From assembly GCA_963851265.1 (NCBI GenBank), contig CAWKNZ010000002.1, positions 704,001 to 768,000 on the forward strand: DNA of 64,000 nt, in the 5' to 3' direction. Position numbers and translations under genes: made by a program. Position 1 is the first letter of the stretch. Every line of letters starts with the position of its first letter. The notes under the pieces are model-generated. The model had not been told where the DNA came from and did not search any database. It worked only from the letters and a program-made list of their open reading frames with translations. The DNA comes from an uncultured Gemmatimonadales bacterium. Lineage in GTDB: Bacteria; Gemmatimonadota; Gemmatimonadetes; Gemmatimonadales; Gemmatimonadaceae. Positions 52,807 through 62,080 of this stretch are shown here, piece after piece.

Positions 52807-54000
52807 ATGGAAGCGCGCAGCATCCCGTTCCCGATCGCCGCCCGGCGCGCCCACCCGCGAGTCGCGGCTCTCCCGTGGCCGCTCGCCGCGACCCTGTTCG
52901 CCGCGACGAGCATCGCCGTCGGCATCATCTGGGACATCTCGTGGCACATGTCCATCGGGCGCGACACGTTCTGGACGCCCGCCCACATGGCCATCTACGC
53001 GGGCGGCGTCGCGGGCGGACTCGCCAACGCGTGGCGCATCTTCCGCACGACGTGGTCGGCGGACGACGACGCGCGGGCGGGCGCCGTCCGCGTGTGGGGC
53101 TTCCACGGTCCGTTAGGCGCGTTCGTCTCGTGCTGGGGCGCGGGCGCGATGCTCGTCTCCGCGCCGTTCGACAACTGGTGGCACGACGCGTACGGCCTCG
53201 ACGTGCAGATCCTCTCGCCGCCGCACACGGTGCTGCTGCTCGGAATCGCGGGTGTGCTGCTCGGCGCCCTGCTCACGGCGATCGCGTTCCAGAACGCCGC
53301 GGAGGCGGGCGGGTACCCGGCGGAGCGCGTGGCGACGTTCCGCGTCGCGTACGTGTACGCGTCGGCGCTCCTGGTCACCATGGCCAGCATCGGCGCGTAC
53401 GAGTACACACGGCCCATCATGCTGCACAGCGGGCGGTTCGTGCGCGCGACGGCGTGGGCGTTCCCGCTCTTCTTCTGTGCGGTCGCACGCGCATCGCGCC
53501 TGCGCTGGCCGGCGACCGTCACGGCGCTGCTCTACATGGTGATGTTCGCCGCGACGTCGTGGATCCTGCCGCTGTTCCCCGCGACGCCGAAGCTCGGGCC
53601 GATCTACAACCCGATCACGCACATGGTGCCGCTCGGGTTCCCGCTGCTCTTCGTCGTCCCCGCGTTCGCCATCGATCTCGTGCTGCGCCGATGGACGCGC
53701 CCGCCGGGGTGGGCGCTCGCCGCCGTGCTCGGTGCGTCGTTCGTCTGCCTCGTCCTGGTGGTGCACTGGCCGTTCGGCACGTTCCTGCTCTCGAGCGCGT
53801 CGCACAACCGGTTCTTTGCCGGCGGTCAGTTCAGCTACGGCGTGCCTCCGACGGCGTTTTCGCGCCGCGGCGTGTTCCCTCCGGTCGAGAAGAGCGCGGC
53901 CGAGTACTGGTCACGGGTCGGTTGGGCGGTGGTGATCGCGACCGTGTCGGCGCGCCTCGGGCTCGCGTGGGGCGGGTGGATGCGGCGGGTGCGACGGTGA
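52807..54000 (+). CDS. Polytopic membrane protein with two PmoC/AmoC-like metal-site motifs
   Basis: D43-ISW-H47-x12-H60 (DISWHMSIGRDTFWTPAH) and D122-NWW-H126-x13-H140 (DNWWHDAYGLDVQILSPPH); about 10 hydrophobic segments. Confidence 0.75.
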   Translation: MEARSIPFPIAARRAHPRVAALPWPLAATLFAATSIAVGIIWDISWHMSIGRDTFWTPAHMAIYAGGVAGGLANAWRIFRTTWSADDDARAGAVRVWGFHGPLGAFVSCWGAGAMLVSAPFDNWWHDAYGLDVQILSPPHTVLLLGIAGVLLGALLTAIAFQNAAEAGGYPAERVATFRVAYVYASALLVTMASIGAYEYTRPIMLHSGRFVRATAWAFPLFFCAVARASRLRWPATVTALLYMVMFAATSWILPLFPATPKLGPIYNPITHMVPLGFPLLFVVPAFAIDLVLRRWTRPPGWALAAVLGASFVCLVLVVHWPFGTFLLSSASHNRFFAGGQFSYGVPPTAFSRRGVFPPVEKSAAEYWSRVGWAVVIATVSARLGLAWGGWMRRVRR

Positions 54001-55547
54001 GTGGGCGCGCGCACGCGTGCCGGGCGTGGCGCGCCGTGCGCGTCGCGATCGCCTGGGCGCTCGTGTTCTGCGCCACGCCGGCCGGCGCGCACGTCGGCAC
54101 GACTGACGCCGTGTTCAGCGGACGTGCGGGGCCGTATCCGGTCCGCGTGACCGTGCGGATGCCGGGCGCGATCCCCGGTCAGGCCGAACTCACCGTGCGG
54201 GTGCTCGACGGCGCGGGGACCGGCGTGTTGGTGCAGGTCGCGCAGTGGAACGTCGGCTCGCGCGGTGCGCCCGCGCCCGAACCGGCCGCGCGCGTCGCCG
54301 GCACCGCCGACCTGTGGAGCGCCCCACTCTGGCTGATGACGAGCGGCTCGTACGCGGCCAACGTGACGGTCGACGGCGCCCGGGGGCGTGCGACGGTGAC
54401 CGTACCGGTCGTTGCCGTGCCGACCACGCGGCTCGGGATGGATCGTCGGCTCGGCGCGCTGCTCGCGGCGTTGGGCGTCGTGCTCGTCGCCGGTCTCGTC
54501 GCCGTCGTCGCTGCGGGCGTGCGCGACGGCACTCGCGCGCCCGGTGCCGCGCTCGACGGGCCGGCGCGCCGGCTCGGCCGCCTCACGACGGCAGTCACCG
54601 CGGCCGTCGTCGCGCTCGCGCTCGTCGGCGGCGCGAAGTGGTGGGGCGCGGAAGACGCCGCGTTCGCGGGCGGGCTCTGGCGCCCGCTGCGGAGCGAAGC
54701 GCGCGTGCTCGACGGGGCCGACGGTCCGCGCCTCCGCTTCACCGTCACCGATTCGGCGTGGTTCGACTCGACGCTCACGCCGCTGATGCCGGACCACGGC
54801 AAGCTCATGCACCTGTTCGCGGTGCGCGAGTCGCCGACGACCGGACCGCGACGCGACTCGGCGCCCCGCGGTCGCGACGTGTTCGCCCACCTGCACCCCG
54901 TGCGCGTGGACCGGGCCAACTTCGACGCGCCGCTGCCCACGCTTCCCGGCGGTCGCTACCGCGTGTACGCCGACGTCGTGCACGAGAGCGGGCTCGCGCG
55001 CACCCTCGTCGCGACGCTGGACCTGCCCGACGCGGCGGTCGCGATCCCGGCCGGGGGGCTCGACGCGGGCGACGACGCGTGGGACGCGGTGCGCCCGCCG
55101 CCGCCCGGCGCGGCCGCATCGTTAGGCGCGGGCTACCGCCTGACGATGGAGAGCGCCGCCCGCGTGCCCGCGGCGCGCGACACCGTACTCCGCTTCACGG
55201 TGCGCGACGCGGCGGGGCGGGTGGCCGACGTGGAGCCATACCTCGGCATGGCCGCGCACGCGGTCGTCGAGCGCGACGACGGCAGCGTGTTCGTCCACCT
55301 CCACCCGTCGGGCACGGTCTCGATGGCGGCGCAGGACCGGCTCGTGCGCCGCGAGCGCGGCGACACCGCGCTCCACGGCGCCGCGCAGCCCGGCGGCATG
55401 CCGGGCATGGCCGGCATGCAGACGACGTACGGGGGCGACGTGGGATTCCCGTTCAGCTTCCCGAAGCCCGGCGCCTACCGCGTGTGGGTGCAGGTGCGCG
55501 TGGCCGGGCACGTACGCACGGCGGCGTTCGACGTGACCGCGAGCTGA
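53997..55547 (+). CDS. Exported membrane-anchored His/Met-rich putative copper protein
   Basis: GTGA overlap with the upstream gene; signal peptide ending AGA|H; beta domain, two TM helices, two repeated domains with HGKLMH/HLHP and MAAH/HLHP; GGMPGMAGM. Confidence 0.72.
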   Translation: MSGRAHACRAWRAVRVAIAWALVFCATPAGAHVGTTDAVFSGRAGPYPVRVTVRMPGAIPGQAELTVRVLDGAGTGVLVQVAQWNVGSRGAPAPEPAARVAGTADLWSAPLWLMTSGSYAANVTVDGARGRATVTVPVVAVPTTRLGMDRRLGALLAALGVVLVAGLVAVVAAGVRDGTRAPGAALDGPARRLGRLTTAVTAAVVALALVGGAKWWGAEDAAFAGGLWRPLRSEARVLDGADGPRLRFTVTDSAWFDSTLTPLMPDHGKLMHLFAVRESPTTGPRRDSAPRGRDVFAHLHPVRVDRANFDAPLPTLPGGRYRVYADVVHESGLARTLVATLDLPDAAVAIPAGGLDAGDDAWDAVRPPPPGAAASLGAGYRLTMESAARVPAARDTVLRFTVRDAAGRVADVEPYLGMAAHAVVERDDGSVFVHLHPSGTVSMAAQDRLVRRERGDTALHGAAQPGGMPGMAGMQTTYGGDVGFPFSFPKPGAYRVWVQVRVAGHVRTAAFDVTAS

Positions 55548-55591
55548 CGAGACCGCCCGTTCGGGCGCCGCCGCCGGGCCGCGGGACGCCG

Positions 55592-56074
55592 TTACGCGTC
55601 CTGCGCCGCCCCCTCCGCGCCCGACTCGACGCCGCCGCGCGTCGCGCCGTACGCGCCCGCGCCCGGCGCGCCCCGTGCCCCGCCGTGGTGCGCGCCGCCG
55701 GGCGTCGCGCTCAGGTCGGCGGGGTCGAAGTAGGCGGTGAACCGCGTGATCTTGCCGTTTGCCGTCTCGAACACGCTCACGCCGTCGTAGCTCGTCTTCA
55801 CGCCGGCCGCGGTCTCGCAGTCGCTCGTCCATTCCAGCATCGCCTTGTCGTCGCTCTCGAGGATGCTGTGGAAGCGCGAGTGGATGGTCGCGAACGACTT
55901 CCGGTACGCGTCCCAGAACTTGCGCGCGCCCTCCACGCCGGTCTGCGGTTCGTGCTCGGTCGGGTTGCTGGTGCGGGCGTCGTCGGCGTAGAGCGCGGCG
56001 AGCGCGTCCACGTTGCCCGCGTCCTCGACCTGGCGCAGGGCGGCGATGAATTCGTCGGCGGTGGGCTTGGCCAT
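55592..56074 (-). CDS. SnoaL-like / NTF2-family protein
   Basis: ATG 56074; DALAALYADDA, G..GARKFW, GKITRFTAYFD. Confidence 0.85.
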   Translation of the reverse strand: MAKPTADEFIAALRQVEDAGNVDALAALYADDARTSNPTEHEPQTGVEGARKFWDAYRKSFATIHSRFHSILESDDKAMLEWTSDCETAAGVKTSYDGVSVFETANGKITRFTAYFDPADLSATPGGAHHGGARGAPGAGAYGATRGGVESGAEGAAQDA

Positions 56075-56088
56075 CGTGTGATCCTCGT

Positions 56089-56946
56089 TCAGGGTTTGGT
56101 GCCGATCGCCGCGGTCCACTCGGCGACCTGTTCGGGCGTCATGTTGCCGTACGGCGCGAGCCGACCGTCGGTGTAGCCCCACTCGGTGACGTCGGGCAGG
56201 TACTGCTGTCGTGAGAGGATCGTGCCCCGGCAGAGCCGCCCGACGTCGGCGTCGGCGTCGAGTTCGCTCGCGGCGCGCGAGAGCAGCTCGGCCATGACGG
56301 AACTCGGAATGCGCGTGCGCTCGCCGGGATACACGAAGCCGAACAGGAGCAGGTGCGTGAGCAGCACCCGCCAGTAGTCGCCGAACCGGTCGAGGACGCG
56401 TGCCCAGTCGAGGTGCTCGGCGCGGGCGCGCAGCAGGTGGATCACGTCGCCGCCGTCGTACCGCTCGCGCTCCATCACGAAGCTCTTGGACCAGAGCATC
56501 TCCTCGGCCGGCGCGACCCGCACGTCCACGCCGAGCACGCGACACGAGGGCGCGTGCTCGAACCAGCCTGCGTCGACCGGCGCGGCACCGTTCCCCGAGC
56601 CGAAGATCAGGTCGACGAACTCCTTCCCCCAGAACGCCTTCCCGAGCCAATGCGGGAAGGTGAGCTCGGTGCGGAAGCCCGCCGCGTCCAGCACGTCGAG
56701 CGCGCGACCGATATCGGCGTGCGCGACGAACAGGTCGAAGTCCTTCGTCGAGCGCGGGATTCCCGTCACCGGTGTGAACGCGTAGGCCCCACCTACGAGG
56801 AACGGCACTTCGCCGGATTGCAGCGTCGCCATCACGCGGCGGTAGACGCCCTGCGCGGCCGGCGAGGCGAGGTCCGCACGCCGCGGCGGGCGCTCGTGCG
56901 CGCGGCGGTCGTCGTCGTGCGCGGCGGTCGCTGGGGTGTGAGGCAT
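56089..56946 (-). CDS. Nucleotidyltransferase (pol-beta superfamily)
   Basis: ATG 56946; FLVGGAYAF...STKDFDLF (GG/DxD), VDLIF, SK.FVMERERYDGGD. Confidence 0.8.
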   Translation of the reverse strand: MPHTPATAAHDDDRRAHERPPRRADLASPAAQGVYRRVMATLQSGEVPFLVGGAYAFTPVTGIPRSTKDFDLFVAHADIGRALDVLDAAGFRTELTFPHWLGKAFWGKEFVDLIFGSGNGAAPVDAGWFEHAPSCRVLGVDVRVAPAEEMLWSKSFVMERERYDGGDVIHLLRARAEHLDWARVLDRFGDYWRVLLTHLLLFGFVYPGERTRIPSSVMAELLSRAASELDADADVGRLCRGTILSRQQYLPDVTEWGYTDGRLAPYGNMTPEQVAEWTAAIGTKP

Positions 56947-57142
56947 GCGCTGACGGCGAGGATCGGTGGGCGTGAGCGACCGGCGGGGGCGGTCGGCGGA
57001 ACGGATGTTGAATCCCCCCGGCGCGACCTTCCACGACCGCGCGCCGTCGCGGGCATCCGGGGCCACGCCGGGCTCCCGCGTGCCTACTCGCGGGAGCCGG
57101 CCCGATCGCACGGGCCGCGAGCGCGCCGACTTAGCATCAGCC

Positions 57143-57949
57143 ATGCCCAACCTCCGTATCGCGGCGATGAGCGACGTGCACGTCACGAAAACGTCGCAAG
57201 GCGCGCTCGCGCCGATCCTCGCGCAGGTGGCCGACCAGGCCGACGTGCTGCTCCTCTGCGGTGATCTGACCGACTACGGCAACGCCGACGAGGCGCGCGT
57301 GCTCGTGAAGGAGCTGTCGCACCTCCGCATCCCGATCCTCGCCGTGCTCGGCAACCACGACTTCGAGGGCGGCCACCCGGAGCAGCTCGTCGACGCGCTC
57401 CGCGACGCGGGCGTCGTCGTGCTCGACGGCGAGTCGCACGAGGTGGGCGGCGTGGGCTTCGCCGGCGCGAAGGGCTTCGCGGGCGGCTTCGGCCGCGGGG
57501 TGCTCGGCGCGTGGGGCGAGCCGACGGTCAAGCACTTCGTGCAGGAGGCGGTGAGCGAGACGCTGAAGCTCGAGACGGCGCTCGCGCGACTCCGCACGCG
57601 GCAGAAGGTCGCGCTCCTCCACTATTCCCCGATCCGCGCGACGGTCGAGGGCGAGCCGCTCGAGATCTTCCCGTGGCTGGGTTGCGGGCGGCACGAGGAG
57701 CCGCTGCTGCGCTATCAGGTGAGCGCCGTGTTCCACGGGCACGCGCACAACGGCACGCCCGAAGGCGCGCTCGCCAACGGCGCGCCGTGCTACAACGTGG
57801 CGCTGCCGCTGCTCCGGAAGCAGTTCCCCGACCGGCTGCCCGTCAAGATCATCGAGCTCGACCCCGACGAAGCGCCTAACGCCCCGCCCGACGCGTACAG
57901 CGGGATGGAGCGGCGCCGGGCGGGCGCGGGGGCGAACGGGGCGGCGTGA
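57143..57949 (+). CDS. Calcineurin-like metallophosphoesterase
   Basis: ATG 57143; SDVH, GDLTD, GNHD, LLHY, HGHAH. Confidence 0.92.
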   Translation: MPNLRIAAMSDVHVTKTSQGALAPILAQVADQADVLLLCGDLTDYGNADEARVLVKELSHLRIPILAVLGNHDFEGGHPEQLVDALRDAGVVVLDGESHEVGGVGFAGAKGFAGGFGRGVLGAWGEPTVKHFVQEAVSETLKLETALARLRTRQKVALLHYSPIRATVEGEPLEIFPWLGCGRHEEPLLRYQVSAVFHGHAHNGTPEGALANGAPCYNVALPLLRKQFPDRLPVKIIELDPDEAPNAPPDAYSGMERRRAGAGANGAA

Positions 57950-57982
57950 CCTGCGCGGGCGACGTCGCGCCGCCCGTCGCTC

Positions 57983-58040
57983 GTCACCCCCGCTTGCGCG
58001 GGGGTGACAGCTCTCGGGGGTGGTGACCCCACCACCCCCG
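57983..58040. repeat. Two tandem perfect 11-bp hairpins between convergent genes
   Basis: GTCACCCCCGC-TTGC-GCGGGGGTGAC (57983-58008) and CGGGGGTGGTG-ACCC-CACCACCCCCG (58015-58040). Confidence 0.75.
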
Positions 58041-58049
58041 CCGGCCGTT

Positions 58050-59228
58050 CTACGGCTTCAACACCACCTTGATGCACCCGTCCTTCTTGTCGCGGAAGGT
58101 CCGGTACATCTCGGGCGCCTTGTCGATCGGCACGCGGTGGGTGATGACCTGCGACGGGTCAATCTTCCCGGCCTCGATCATGTCGAGCAGCGGGCGCAGG
58201 TACTTCTGCGTGTTCGTCTGCCCCATCTTGAACGTGAGGCCCTTCGCGAACGCCGCGCCCATCGGGAACTTGTCGATGAACCCGATGTAGACGCCCGGAA
58301 TGCTCACCGTGCCGCCCTTCGCGCAGGCCATGATCGCCTCGCGGAGCGCCGTCGCGCGGTCGAGTTGCACCTTGGTGAACTGCTTGAACCGGTCGACCTG
58401 ATCGTAGATGCCGGTCCCGTGCGCCTCCATCCCGACCGCGTCGATCACGTGGTCCGGCCCGCGGCCGCCGGTCATGTCCTTCAGCACGAAGTTGATCGGG
58501 TCCTCGATCTCCTCGTAGTTCACGACCTCGGCCTTACACAGGTCGCGCGCCTTGGCCAGCCGGTCGGGGAAGCGGTCCACCGCGATCACCCGCTCGGCGC
58601 CTAACAGATACGCGCTCTGGATCGCGAACAGCCCCACCGGCCCGCAGCCCCACACCGCCACCGTGTCCCCGGGCTGGATGCCGCACTGCTCCGCCGCCTG
58701 GTAGCCCGTCGGGAAGATGTCGGTGAGAAAGAGCACCTTCTCGTCGGCGATGTCGCTCTCGATCTTGAGCGGCCCGACGTCGGCGAACGGGACGCGCGCG
58801 TACTCGGCCTGGCCGCCCGCGTACCCGCCGTACAGGTGCGAGTACCCGAACAGCCCCGACGGGCTGAACCCGCCGGTCGACGCCTCGACGAGCGCGGCGT
58901 TCGGGTTGGAGTTGTCGCACTGCGACCAGAGGTCGTTCTTGCAGTAGTAGCAGTTGCCGCACGCGATCCCGAACGGGATCACCACGCGGTCACCGCGCTT
59001 GAGGTTCTTGACGCTCGGGCCCACCTCCTCGACCACGCCCATGAACTCGTGGCCCATGACGTCGCCCTTCATCATCGACGGGACCTTGCCGTCGTAGGGG
59101 TGGAGGTCCGAACCACAGATCGCGGTCGAGGTGATCTTGATGATCGCGTCGCGCGGGTTGACGAGCTCGGGGTCGGGCACGCGCTCGACGCGCATGTCGC
59201 CGACGCCCTGCCAGGTCACGGCCTTCAT
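58050..59228 (-). CDS. Zinc-dependent alcohol/formaldehyde dehydrogenase (YbdR/Fdh-like)
   Basis: ICGSDLH, GHEFMG, CGNCYYC...[17 protein letters not shown]. Confidence 0.92.
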   Translation of the reverse strand: MKAVTWQGVGDMRVERVPDPELVNPRDAIIKITSTAICGSDLHPYDGKVPSMMKGDVMGHEFMGVVEEVGPSVKNLKRGDRVVIPFGIACGNCYYCKNDLWSQCDNSNPNAALVEASTGGFSPSGLFGYSHLYGGYAGGQAEYARVPFADVGPLKIESDIADEKVLFLTDIFPTGYQAAEQCGIQPGDTVAVWGCGPVGLFAIQSAYLLGAERVIAVDRFPDRLAKARDLCKAEVVNYEEIEDPINFVLKDMTGGRGPDHVIDAVGMEAHGTGIYDQVDRFKQFTKVQLDRATALREAIMACAKGGTVSIPGVYIGFIDKFPMGAAFAKGLTFKMGQTNTQKYLRPLLDMIEAGKIDPSQVITHRVPIDKAPEMYRTFRDKKDGCIKVVLKP

Positions 59229-60280
59229 CAGCGGCCTTCCTTCGGCGTGAGGGTGGAATTGGCCCCGCGCGCCTGGTCGGACGGCATGGGCTGGTGCACC
59301 GCCTGATGCGCGCTGGCGGCCGCGTGCTGCTGCGCCCCGCGGACGTTGGCGCCGGTCTGGCCCTGGTTGACCTGGGCGTCGAACGCCTGGTGCGGCGGCT
59401 TGCCCTGACCGGGGTTGTAGCTGACGGGAATCTCGCCCGCCTCCATCAGGTTCTTGTAGCGCCGCAGGTCCTCGCGCACCTGTACGCTCGGTTCTTCACC
59501 GAACAGCTTCGCGACCGCAACGCCCAGCTTTCCGAGCGGCGGCTCGTACGACAACTCGACTTTCACCTCCGCCCCGCGCCCGGCCGGCGCCTCGCGGAAG
59601 GTCACCGCGCCCGCATTCGGCACGCTCGCGCCGGGCAGCGACCGCCAGGCGATGATCTGCCCGGGCACGTCGTTCACGATCTCCGCGTCCCACTCGACCG
59701 TCTGCCCCGCCGGCGCCTTCGCGACCCAGTGCGAGCGACGGTTGTCGAGCTCCTTCACGCTCTCGAGATGGTGCAGAATGCGCGGAAGGTTCTCGAGCTT
59801 GCGCCAGTAGTCGTACAGCTCGCCCGGCATGCGCCCGAAGATCGTGAACGTCTGGATCACGCGCTTCGCCGCCTGCGCGTCCACCGACGCGCCGCCACCG
59901 TGCTGGCGCACCACGCCGCCCTCGTCCTTGTGCGGGAGCGCGGCGCCATCGCCCGTCTCGTCCATGCTCGTGAGGCCGAGCGCGTCGTACGCCATGCAGT
60001 GCCCGGTCACGCCGCGCTCGACCAGCAGGCCGCCGACCACGCCCGCCGCGAGCCCGCCCCAGTCCTTGCGCTTGAGCCCGTACGCCGCGATTGCCGTGCC
60101 CGCCGCGATCGACACCGCACGCTCGATCGAGTTGACGTTGTTGCCCGCGTGCTCGCGCTCGCCGTCGCGCGCGGTCGCGCCGTGCCGTCCGTGCTCCTTC
60201 TGCGGATCGCCGCGTCCGTTAGACGCGTGCGAGCGGGCGGCGTCGGCGCCGCCGTACATCGCTTCGGAAGATCGTGCCAT
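59228..60280 (-). CDS. SRPBCC/cyclase-family protein with N-terminal DUF2892-like segment
   Basis: NVNSIER...[46 protein letters not shown]. Confidence 0.87.
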   Translation of the reverse strand: MARSSEAMYGGADAARSHASNGRGDPQKEHGRHGATARDGEREHAGNNVNSIERAVSIAAGTAIAAYGLKRKDWGGLAAGVVGGLLVERGVTGHCMAYDALGLTSMDETGDGAALPHKDEGGVVRQHGGGASVDAQAAKRVIQTFTIFGRMPGELYDYWRKLENLPRILHHLESVKELDNRRSHWVAKAPAGQTVEWDAEIVNDVPGQIIAWRSLPGASVPNAGAVTFREAPAGRGAEVKVELSYEPPLGKLGVAVAKLFGEEPSVQVREDLRRYKNLMEAGEIPVSYNPGQGKPPHQAFDAQVNQGQTGANVRGAQQHAAASAHQAVHQPMPSDQARGANSTLTPKEGR

Positions 60281-60302
60281 CGTCAGCCTCCGTGATCGCG
60301 CG

Positions 60303-61196
60303 TCAGAGCGCGCTGTGAGTGGGCTTGTTGCGCAGCCCGTCGCGCGTGTGCTCCAGCTTGAGGTCGCTCTCGGGCTCCTTCTTCAGCGCGCGGTCGGCCT
60401 GCGGACCCATCGACCCCTTCACGATCGTCGTCCCGCCGTCCACGAAGAACAGCGCGCCGGTCACGTAGCTCGCCTCGTCCGAGGCGAGGAACGCGAAGGC
60501 GTTGGCCATCTCCGTCGCCGTCCCGCGACGGCCTAACAGGGTGCCCTCGACCGTTTGCGTCTCCATGGTCTTCGTCATCGGGCCGGTCTCCCGGTGCGTC
60601 CACGCGGTGTCGACTGGGCCCGGACAGACGCACGCCGCGCGCACGCCGTTCTTCGCCTGCTCGCCCGCCACGCCGCGGATGAACGCGTGCATGAAGCCCT
60701 TGGTCCCGCCGTAGGGCACGTTGAGCGGCTCGCCCTTGTCCCCCGCCTCGGAGCCGGTGCCGAGCACCACGCCCTTGCTCTTCTGCAGGTGCGGCAGGGC
60801 GAACTTCGTCATCAGGAACGCCGACCGGACGTTCATCCGCAGCGTGCGGTCGAAGTCGTCGATCGGGTAGTCGGTCAGCTCGCCGGTGAACAGGAAGATT
60901 CCCGCGTTGTTCACGAGTACGTCGAGCTGCCCGAACTCACGCACCGCCTTGTCCACGCAGCCGCGCGCGTCGACCTCGGCCGAGACGTCGCCCGCGTATC
61001 CGACCGCGGTTCCGCGCCCGTACTGCTTGTTGATCGCCTCGACCACGTCGGCGACGGGATCGTCCGGAAGGCCGCAGACGAGCACCTTCGCCCCTTCCGA
61101 CGCGAACTTGTGCGCAGTGGCCTCGCCGATCCCCGTTGCGGCGCCAGTGATGATCGCCACCTTCCCCTCCAACCGCCCTTTTCGATCCGCTGCCAT
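60303..61196 (-). CDS. Short-chain dehydrogenase/reductase
   Basis: TGAATGIG, NNAG, YGGTK, PGPVDT. Confidence 0.93.
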   Translation of the reverse strand: MAADRKGRLEGKVAIITGAATGIGEATAHKFASEGAKVLVCGLPDDPVADVVEAINKQYGRGTAVGYAGDVSAEVDARGCVDKAVREFGQLDVLVNNAGIFLFTGELTDYPIDDFDRTLRMNVRSAFLMTKFALPHLQKSKGVVLGTGSEAGDKGEPLNVPYGGTKGFMHAFIRGVAGEQAKNGVRAACVCPGPVDTAWTHRETGPMTKTMETQTVEGTLLGRRGTATEMANAFAFLASDEASYVTGALFFVDGGTTIVKGSMGPQADRALKKEPESDLKLEHTRDGLRNKPTHSAL

Positions 61197-61340
61197 TGGG
61201 TCCTCCCCGGATATCGTCGCCGCTCTGGTTGAGCGGCCCGGGCAGGCGCAAAGCAGGTGCCGCCGCTGTCGCGCGGGCGCGACTGCAGCGGAGGCGGGCG
61301 CACCGTGCGCCGGTACAGCTCGCTCGCCGTGGCGAGCTCC

Positions 61341-61378
61341 GAACGGCGCCGCTGGTCGCGCGACCAGCGGCGCCGTTC
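61341..61378. repeat. Perfect 38-bp palindrome with no spacer
   Basis: GAACGGCGCCGCTGGTCGC|GCGACCAGCGGCGCCGTTC. Confidence 0.85.
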
Positions 61379-61423
61379 AACGCGCGGGCGCGGTACGGCG
61401 CGCCGCGTCGCCCGAAGCCGCGT

Positions 61424-62065
61424 CTAGCGTCGGACCGTCGAATCGCGCACGATCACGCCGCACGCGATCCGCACGCCCGCGTTCCCGCCCGGGTCGCTGC
61501 TGTAATCGTCGGGGTCGCTGTGGATCATCAGCGCCGTGCCCTGCGGCGTGAACAGCGAGTTGGCGCCCTGGCCGAGGGTGACGTCGCGCGTGATCGCGTC
61601 GACCCGCACGCCGCCGCTCGCCGGCGCCGTGAAGTTGGGCAGGTCGCCCGCGTGATACCCGGAGCGGTTCTTCACGCCGTGCTGGCGGAACGAGGGATTG
61701 TAGTGCCCGCCTGCACTCGTGAAGGGCGGCTCGCAGCGGCCGACTTCGTGGATGTGCATCGCGTGCACCCCCGCCGGAAGTCCGGTGAGCTGGGCCGTGA
61801 CGATCACGCCGTACGGCGCCTGCGTGAACGTCGCCGTGCCTACCGACCGGCCGTCCGCGTCGTGCAGGTCGGCCCGGGCACCAGGCACGTTGGTGTTGAA
61901 CGTGGACTGGCCGAAGGTGCCCCGGGGGCCGCCGACGCCGAACCCACCCGGCCGGTTGGGATTACCGTTCGGTGCGCCCGAGCCGTTCGGACCCGCGCCC
62001 GAAGCGCACGAGGTGAGCAGTACGCCGGCGAGCGTCGCGGCGCCGAGAATCGAGAGTGGTCGCAT
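61424..62065 (-). CDS. sodC: Cu/Zn superoxide dismutase (lipoprotein)
   Basis: Lipobox LTSC; HAMHIH, GGHYNP, HG, HAGDL, MIH, RIACG. Confidence 0.92.
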   Translation of the reverse strand: MRPLSILGAATLAGVLLTSCASGAGPNGSGAPNGNPNRPGGFGVGGPRGTFGQSTFNTNVPGARADLHDADGRSVGTATFTQAPYGVIVTAQLTGLPAGVHAMHIHEVGRCEPPFTSAGGHYNPSFRQHGVKNRSGYHAGDLPNFTAPASGGVRVDAITRDVTLGQGANSLFTPQGTALMIHSDPDDYSSDPGGNAGVRIACGVIVRDSTVRR

Positions 62066-62080
62066 GAGCGGTAAGGTAGG

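Noticed and set aside
52807..55547. Calling these genes bona fide pmoC/pmoB or amoC/amoB
   Set aside because: Similarity is limited to motifs and topology recalled from memory, there is no separate pmoA, and gene 2 lacks recognisable PmoB sequence; no gene symbols were assigned.
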